The translations under genes were made by a program, and so were the position numbers. Shown one piece after another: positions 57,950 to 64,000 of a stretch of DNA of 64,000 nt. The stretch's first letter is position 1; every line of letters begins with the position of its first letter. The notes beneath the pieces were generated by a model. That model did not search any database, was not told where the DNA came from, and saw nothing but the letters and a program-made list of their open reading frames with translations. Source of the stretch: Thermodesulfobacteriota bacterium (GTDB lineage: Bacteria; Desulfobacterota; Desulfobacteria; Desulfobacterales; SURF-7); NCBI GenBank assembly GCA_049320885.1, contig JBMORA010000001.1:274622-338621 (forward strand), written 5' to 3'.

Positions 57950-60031
57950 TCACATATCGGATTTGAACAATTGGTCGGTTTCGGTGACGGTATTGGATGC
58001 CTGGCTGTATTCGGTCGGGACCGTCCCTTGCTTGAAACATTCAAAAATGGTGTTGGTGGATTCCGGGATGGGCAATTTGCCGGTATCGGCGTCGATCTGT
58101 GTGAACACCACGTCTTCCGGAACCTGGAACACCTCAATGGGCTGATCCGCGAGGACCCGCTTCATGAAACCGAGCCAGATGGGGCTTGCCGCCCTGGCGC
58201 CGGTTTCTCCGGCGCCAAGGGAACGCTCGCTGTCGAACCCCACCCAGGTCCCGGTGACGAGACCCGGTGTGTACCCGACGAACCAGGCGTCATGTAGTTT
58301 GTTGGTGGTGCCTGTTTTTCCCGCAACCGGGCGATTCAAGGCCAGGACACGCCTGCCGGTCCCGCGTTTTACCACCCCTTCCAGCAGATTGGTCATGATA
58401 TAGGCGGTGCTTTTTTCAATAACCCTTTCCCTTTCGGGAATGATCTCCTCCATCACGTTTCCGTCCCGGTCAACGATCTTGGTGACAAACACCGGCTCCA
58501 CCAGATATCCCTCATTGGCAAATACGGAATAGGCGGTTACCAGTTCCAGCAAGGACACCCCGGAAGAACCAAGGGCCATTGACAGGTCCCGGGTTAGGTT
58601 CGATTCAATCCCCAGCCGCCGGGCATACCGGATCGTGTAGTCGATGCCGATGTCCCTGAGGATCTTGATGGTGACGATATTCTTTGACTTTTCCAACGCG
58701 TCACGGAACAAGGTCGGGCCGAAAAATTTGCCTTCGTAGTTTTTCGGTTTCCAAGTGGTATCATGGGCCCTGTCGCGGAATACGATGGGGGTGTCCAGAA
58801 TCATGGTGGCCGGTGTATACCCCTTGTCCAGCGCGGCGGCATATATGATCGGCTTGAAAGCTGATCCAGGCTGACGGCGGGATTGCACCGCCCGATTGAA
58901 CTGGTTGTTCGTAAAATCATTGCCGCCCACCATGGCCTTCACATGTCCGGTCTCGGTCTCGAGACACAACAGCGCCGCCTGGGGCGCTGGTTGTTGTCCC
59001 GGTTCGGCCTCATATCCATGGCGCTTGGCAAGTTCCGCCAGGCCAAGGGCGATCTCATCCTGGGCTGCCTTTTGCATCTCGATATTGACCGCCGTATGGA
59101 TTGTCAAACCGGCGGTGTAGAGCATGTCCGCGCCGAATTTTTTTTCCACATACTGACGGACATGCTCCGTATAAAACGGCACGTTCTCGATATACAGATT
59201 GCGTCGCGGCTTGATGTCGAGATTCGTATTGATGGCCTCCGTGGCCTCGATGTTGGTAATGAAACCTTCCGCGAGCATGCGGTTGAGCACATAAATCTGC
59301 CTTTTTTTGGCCAGCTCCGGATTTCGCAGCGGTGAATATTTGCTGGGCGCCTGGGGCAAACCGGCCAGCAAGGCGCATTCCGCCAGGCCCAATTCCGCCA
59401 CGGACTTGCCGAAATAATTTTCCGCCGCTGCCTGTACGCCATAAGCGCCGTGTCCCAGGTAGATTTGGTTCAGATACAGATACAGGATTTCATCCTTGGA
59501 AAACAGCTTGTCGATCCGATACGAAAGGATCGCCTCCTTGATTTTCCGGGTATAGCTTCGCTCCGGGGTCAGCAGGAAAGACTTGGTGACCTGCTGGGTG
59601 ATGGTGCTTCCTCCCTGCACGATGGCGCCTGCCTCGATATTCTTGAACATGGCCCTGACGACACTGATCAGGTCAATTCCCTCATGTTGATAAAATCTGG
59701 CGTCCTCGGCCGCGACGAAGGCCTTGATCAATCGTTCCGGAATCTGGGATAACGGCACCACGATTCTGCGTTCCTTGAAAAACTCACCGATTTTTCTTCC
59801 ATCGTCCGAATACACCGTGGTGATCAATGAGGGACGATAGTCCTTCAAACTGGTAATCTGGGGCAGATCTTTCTGAATATGATGAAAAAAAACCGCAAAC
59901 GCGGCACCACCAATAAGAAGAGAAACAAAAAAGAGAAAAAGGGTGATCCGGAAAAGCCTTGTAAAAGAACCAGCCCTGGCTTTCTTTCCGCGCTTTTCCA
60001 GAATTTCCGTTGTTGTTTTTGGTTTATCCAT
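57950..60031 (-). CDS. mrcA: Penicillin-binding protein 1A
   Basis: AEDARF..HEG, GGSTITQQ, RKIKE, YLNQIY; QPGSAFK, SKN and KTGT motifs. Confidence 0.92.
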   Translation of the reverse strand: MDKPKTTTEILEKRGKKARAGSFTRLFRITLFLFFVSLLIGGAAFAVFFHHIQKDLPQITSLKDYRPSLITTVYSDDGRKIGEFFKERRIVVPLSQIPERLIKAFVAAEDARFYQHEGIDLISVVRAMFKNIEAGAIVQGGSTITQQVTKSFLLTPERSYTRKIKEAILSYRIDKLFSKDEILYLYLNQIYLGHGAYGVQAAAENYFGKSVAELGLAECALLAGLPQAPSKYSPLRNPELAKKRQIYVLNRMLAEGFITNIEATEAINTNLDIKPRRNLYIENVPFYTEHVRQYVEKKFGADMLYTAGLTIHTAVNIEMQKAAQDEIALGLAELAKRHGYEAEPGQQPAPQAALLCLETETGHVKAMVGGNDFTNNQFNRAVQSRRQPGSAFKPIIYAAALDKGYTPATMILDTPIVFRDRAHDTTWKPKNYEGKFFGPTLFRDALEKSKNIVTIKILRDIGIDYTIRYARRLGIESNLTRDLSMALGSSGVSLLELVTAYSVFANEGYLVEPVFVTKIVDRDGNVMEEIIPERERVIEKSTAYIMTNLLEGVVKRGTGRRVLALNRPVAGKTGTTNKLHDAWFVGYTPGLVTGTWVGFDSERSLGAGETGARAASPIWLGFMKRVLADQPIEVFQVPEDVVFTQIDADTGKLPIPESTNTIFECFKQGTVPTEYSQASNTVTETDQLFKSDM

Positions 60032-60164
60032 TTGAGAATCCCGCCTGCCGTTACCCGAACGCATAAATTGTTTCCAAAAAAAAAGCGACGTTGCGCATAA
60101 TCGGTTATTTTTATCAGATAACCGTTACCGAAGCAAGCAGCGACTGAACCAGAGCCGCCTTCCC

Positions 60165-60197
60165 GATATCGGTTTCGCACAGATATCGGTTTCGCAC
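60165..60197. repeat. Tandem 16-bp direct repeat GATATCGGTTTCGCAC x2
   Basis: Exact copies at 60165-60180 and 60182-60197 in the mrcA/sppA divergent intergenic region. Confidence 0.9.
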
Positions 60198-60306
60198 TTG
60201 TATTTTTCTTCCGGTTTATCCATAATCAGTCGCAATACATTGCACTGCGACGGATTATCCATCGCCATTCCCAGAATCCCCATTGCTGACACAAGGATCG
60301 GCCGCC

Positions 60307-61341
60307 ATGCAAAAACGCCAGAAAGACCACTTGCCCCAAAAGCCGCTGTTGATGAATCATTACCGACTTGCCGCGATCATTTCCCTGCTGATCCTGATCG
60401 TCGGTTGCGGAACAACCAAGATCAACCTGTTTCCCGACGATACGGAGCCTCTTCAGGAATTCACCCTCCAAGGCGAGGAGGAAGCCAAAATATTGCTGTT
60501 GCCGGTAAAAGGGGAAATCTCCGATGCCGAGCGGGAAGGCTATTTCCGGGCCGGCCCCAGTATGCTGCAGGAATTCATTTCCCAACTCCGGAAGGCGGAA
60601 AAGGATAAAAATATCAAGGCGGTTCTACTGAAAGTCGACTCTCCCGGAGGCTCCGTCACCGCCAGCGATATCATGTATAACGAACTGGTCCGCTACAAAC
60701 AAAAAACCGGTGCCAAAATTGTGGTGTCCATGATGGACCTGGCCGCTTCCGGTGGGTATTATATCTCCCTGCCGGCGGATTACATCATGGCCCATCCCAC
60801 CACGGTCACCGGTTCGGTGGGCGCCCTTTTCTTTCACTTCGAAATATACGGGTTGATGGATAAAATCGGTGTGGGAGCAGGGTTTTACAAATCCGGTAAG
60901 AACAAGGACATGAATTCTCCGCTGCGGGAGGCCACGGAAGAAGAAAAAATCCTGCTCAGCAATATCATCCACAATATGGCCGGACGATTTATCAGTCTGG
61001 TGAAAAAACACCGCAACCTGTCGCCCGCGGCCCTGGAAGAGGTGAAGACCGCGCGGTTATTTGTGGCGGATGATGCTCTGAAGCTGGGGCTGGTGGATGA
61101 GATCGGCTACCTGGACAAGGCCATCGAGCACGCCGGCCGCATCGCCGGCCTGGGGAAAGACCCCCAGCTCATCGTCTATCGCCGTTCAACCTATCCCAAC
61201 GACAACATTTACAACACTGCCATCAATGAGTTACCGGGCGGCCAACCGGCGTTGATCGATCTAGGCGCTCTCGGCGCCGCCGCCAAGACACGAGCCGGTT
61301 TTTATTATATCTGGCCTGGAGCGTTGGACCGCCTGCACTGA
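60307..61341 (+). CDS. sppA: Signal peptide peptidase SppA (36K type, possible lipoprotein)
   Basis: VDSPGGSV, AASGGYY, TGSVG, KSGKNKD and GLVDEIG motifs; LIVGC lipobox; start uncertain (60307 or 60352). Confidence 0.92.
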   Translation: MQKRQKDHLPQKPLLMNHYRLAAIISLLILIVGCGTTKINLFPDDTEPLQEFTLQGEEEAKILLLPVKGEISDAEREGYFRAGPSMLQEFISQLRKAEKDKNIKAVLLKVDSPGGSVTASDIMYNELVRYKQKTGAKIVVSMMDLAASGGYYISLPADYIMAHPTTVTGSVGALFFHFEIYGLMDKIGVGAGFYKSGKNKDMNSPLREATEEEKILLSNIIHNMAGRFISLVKKHRNLSPAALEEVKTARLFVADDALKLGLVDEIGYLDKAIEHAGRIAGLGKDPQLIVYRRSTYPNDNIYNTAINELPGGQPALIDLGALGAAAKTRAGFYYIWPGALDRLH

Positions 61342-61366
61342 CGCGGCATTCGGCGTTCCGCAGCCC

Positions 61367-62095
61367 TTACTTGAAAACGCTGCCGGCATCCTGTTTTTTC
61401 TGATACCCGGACTGCGCCGCTTCCTGCTGTAACAACTGCCGGAGGCGTTCGGCATAAACGATCATGATATGCTGCTCCGGTTTTCCGTAACGGCCGGCAA
61501 AACGGGTAATGACGAATACGTCCTGATGCTGACGCCAGCTCCTGGAAGTTCCCTCCCCTTCCGCCAGCAGGATCTCCTGCGGAGAGCCGAATTTTTCCGT
61601 GACGCTCTGGATCAAATCCGGCACCTCTTTTTTGGCGATCATTTTGATAACCAGGGGATGGCCGGAACGGTTGGCATAAATGAGTTCCACGTAGTCGAAT
61701 ATCGATTGACGCTGCTGGGGATAGCGGAAGGTCAGTTTGGTGGCCGGATACTCTTTCCGAACCACATCATTGATGTTCAATTCCTGCTCCAGTTCAGCCA
61801 GCTCCGGATAATAACGCTTTAAAAAACCTTTGTATTTTATTTCCAGGCTGATGGGAGTGCGCTTATCCACGGCCTCCGCCCCCAGCGCTTGATTCAATCG
61901 GGAAATGACCTCCGCGTCCACCACGGTGTTGACACCGATATCCATGAAAAGAAATGATTCCGGCAGCGCCTTCCCTCCCTCTCCCCGGGGACCGCGGTCG
62001 CACCCGCCCCCAAGGCAGACGACGAAGATGATGAAAATCAGGCCCGGGGTTCCGCGGAAAAATCGCCGGCTGTAAATCCTGTCATGTAAAATCAT
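61367..62095 (-). CDS. Hypothetical lipoprotein
   Basis: Hydrophobic segment ending LGGGC; follows the PatB-like gene after a GGGGTG RBS. Confidence 0.6.
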   Translation of the reverse strand: MILHDRIYSRRFFRGTPGLIFIIFVVCLGGGCDRGPRGEGGKALPESFLFMDIGVNTVVDAEVISRLNQALGAEAVDKRTPISLEIKYKGFLKRYYPELAELEQELNINDVVRKEYPATKLTFRYPQQRQSIFDYVELIYANRSGHPLVIKMIAKKEVPDLIQSVTEKFGSPQEILLAEGEGTSRSWRQHQDVFVITRFAGRYGKPEQHIMIVYAERLRQLLQQEAAQSGYQKKQDAGSVFK

Positions 62096-62112
62096 TTCCA
62101 CCCCTGACCTTT

Positions 62113-63282
62113 TCAAGCCTTTACCGTGGTTCCATGGCGTTGTGCCATGGCCCAATGCATTTTATTCAAACATTCTTCTAATTTGACACGCCGGCAGGCA
62201 AAATTCAAGCGCAGAAATCCGGGGGCGCCGAAATCGCTGCCATCGGACAACCCCACCCCGGCCTGTTCAAAAAATGTCGCCGGATTGTCCAGGCCGGCGT
62301 CTCGGCAGTCGATCCATGCAAGATAGGTTGCTTCCACATGCGCCATGGATAAGCCATCGATGTTCCTGATCTTTTGCTCCACGAGATCCCGGTTGCGCCG
62401 CAGATAAGGCAACAGCTCATCGAGCCAGCCTTTTCCGCCGCTGTAAGCCGCCATGGCCGCGACATACCCCAGTGTGTTCACGGCAGGCACAATTCCTTCC
62501 ATGGTTAGACGAAAGCGTTTCCGCAGTCCTTCGTCGGGAATGACGGCAAAGGAGACTCCCAACCCCGGAATATTGTAGGTCTTGCTGGGAGCCATCAGGG
62601 TGATCACCCGTCTCGCGATGACCGGATCGATGGCGGCCAAAGGGACATGCCGTCTGTCAGGTTCCAGCACCAGATCACAATGAATCTCATCCGAACAAAT
62701 GACGGTCCCGTATTTTTCACAGACCGACGCCAGCGCGATCAATTCCTGTTTGTCAAACATCCGGCCGGTGGGATTATGGGGATTGCATAACAATAGGAGC
62801 TTCACCTGTGGAGTTATTTTCCCGGCCAGTTCATCCAGATCCATGCCCCAGCGGCCGTCCGGATGGCGAATCATGGAAAAATCGATCCGTTTTTTATCCG
62901 CCAGACGCGGCGCACGTAAAAACGGCGGATAAATCGGCACCGAGGTAATGACGCCCGAGCCCTTTGCCCCCACTGCCCGGCAACTCAGGTTCAGACCCGT
63001 CACCAGTCCCGGAAGCCAGAGGATCCATTCCGGAGCCGCTTCCCAGCCGTATTGTCTCGTCAGATGGCGGCAGATCGTCTCCGTCAAGGCTGGAGGCGGA
63101 ACCGTATACCCGAAAATACCGTGCTCGATTCTTTTGCGCAGCGCCTCCACCACCACCGGAGGACTGCGGAAGTCCATGTCGGCCACCCAGAGGGGTTGGA
63201 TGTCGCGGTCTTTGTACTTTTCCCATTTCAGACTGTCGGTTCCGCGGCGATCGACGGGAGCGTCAAAATCGTGTTTGTTCAC
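62113..63282 (-). CDS. MalY/PatB family C-S lyase (cystathionine beta-lyase-like)
   Basis: DRRGTDSLKW, PLWVADMDF, CNPHNPTG, SDEIH, APSKTYN and RLNFAC motifs; GTG start. Confidence 0.92.
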   Translation of the reverse strand: MNKHDFDAPVDRRGTDSLKWEKYKDRDIQPLWVADMDFRSPPVVVEALRKRIEHGIFGYTVPPPALTETICRHLTRQYGWEAAPEWILWLPGLVTGLNLSCRAVGAKGSGVITSVPIYPPFLRAPRLADKKRIDFSMIRHPDGRWGMDLDELAGKITPQVKLLLLCNPHNPTGRMFDKQELIALASVCEKYGTVICSDEIHCDLVLEPDRRHVPLAAIDPVIARRVITLMAPSKTYNIPGLGVSFAVIPDEGLRKRFRLTMEGIVPAVNTLGYVAAMAAYSGGKGWLDELLPYLRRNRDLVEQKIRNIDGLSMAHVEATYLAWIDCRDAGLDNPATFFEQAGVGLSDGSDFGAPGFLRLNFACRRVKLEECLNKMHWAMAQRHGTTVKA

Positions 63283-63322
63283 CGGCGCGTCCTTCAAGAG
63301 GTGGAGGATGGGCACCCGGCTT

Positions 63323-63712
63323 TCACTTGGAAGCCACTTTGGCGGTTGAGACGCCGGTGCTGCCATGAATATTGCAACTTGCTTCCGCCTGGATCTCGAT
63401 GGGCTTCCGGAAGGCATATGGAAATGTCCGGGTAAAATTGTCGGACTCGGGCTTGCTAAAACCGCCGAAGGACCACCGGGCGACTTCTTCGCCGTCGATT
63501 TTAAGATAAACCCACTCGGTGTAATGCATAAAATTATTGCCGTCGTGGGAAACGTGCAGGGTAATGGTGATCTCACTGCCGGGGGCCGCGGATTCCGGCG
63601 CCTCGATGCGAACCGAGGATTTGTCCGCGTAGGCCGTGCTGAATGGGATTGTTATCAATACCAGACAGATTGCCATTGTTGCCGCCATGCCTTTGTTCAT
63701 TCTTGTCAGCAT
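63323..63712 (-). CDS. Exported desulfoferrodoxin/SOR-like domain protein
   Basis: Signal peptide; VSH...HYTEWV...ASCNIHG iron-site pattern. Confidence 0.75.
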   Translation of the reverse strand: MLTRMNKGMAATMAICLVLITIPFSTAYADKSSVRIEAPESAAPGSEITITLHVSHDGNNFMHYTEWVYLKIDGEEVARWSFGGFSKPESDNFTRTFPYAFRKPIEIQAEASCNIHGSTGVSTAKVASK

Positions 63713-63769
63713 CGTCCGCTCCTTTCCATTACTGGTGATTGTTGGATATGCCCATCGCATTGGTTGGTT

Positions 63770-64000
63770 TCAGGAAGATCCGACTCCATCCTTTGTTTCT
63801 TCCGTATGACGTTCCGGATCACCGGGCTTGGCGGCTTCCCCTCTTGCGTCCCCGGTTTCCGGCTTTCCCCGGTACAACTCTATTGCGCCGTCCTGCCCAG
63901 AGAAGAGCCCCGGCCCCTTCTTCAATTCCCGGTCGCTTTCATAAAAAAACGGCTTTGGCGGGGCTCCGCAAGCCATGAACACGGGAATGGCCGCCAGCAA
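63770..64000 (-). CDS. Small hypothetical lipoprotein (5' end outside window)
   Basis: FMAC lipobox followed by ELKKGPGLFSG; truncated by the window edge. Confidence 0.55.
   Translation of the reverse strand: MLAAIPVFMACGAPPKPFFYESDRELKKGPGLFSGQDGAIELYRGKPETGDARGEAAKPGDPERHTEETKDGVGSS

Overview
GC-rich bacterial chromosomal window. Gene content (xerC-hslVU-argBDFGH, HdrA/HdrL/MvhD, PEP-CTERM, PAS hybrid kinases) suggests an anaerobic Desulfobacterota/deltaproteobacterium; this is inference, no search was run. 1-11.1 kb: housekeeping genes and tRNA-Gly/tRNA-Cys. 11-29 kb: sensor kinases, alpha-2-macroglobulin/pbpC and two sigma54-driven PEP-CTERM genes. 48-64 kb: envelope and metabolic genes. 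The notable region is about 29.4-48 kb. It contains (i) a selC*-type tRNA with UCA anticodon, U73 and an 8/4 fold, followed by a divergent SelB paralog with an altered Sec pocket, and (ii) a divergently transcribed hdrD-hdrA-mvhD-hdrL-mvhD-DUF1573 operon with only Cys where homologues often carry Sec. Each of the two operons is preceded by a homologous unannotated leader: RBS, then M-x-x-F-x-G-F-T-UGA, then a SECIS-like hairpin exactly 15 nt after the UGA, all enclosed by a conserved long-range stem. I interpret these as a candidate selenocysteine-sensing leader-peptide switch controlling a selenium-starvation backup regulon. The sequence elements are directly visible; the regulatory function is inferred and untested.
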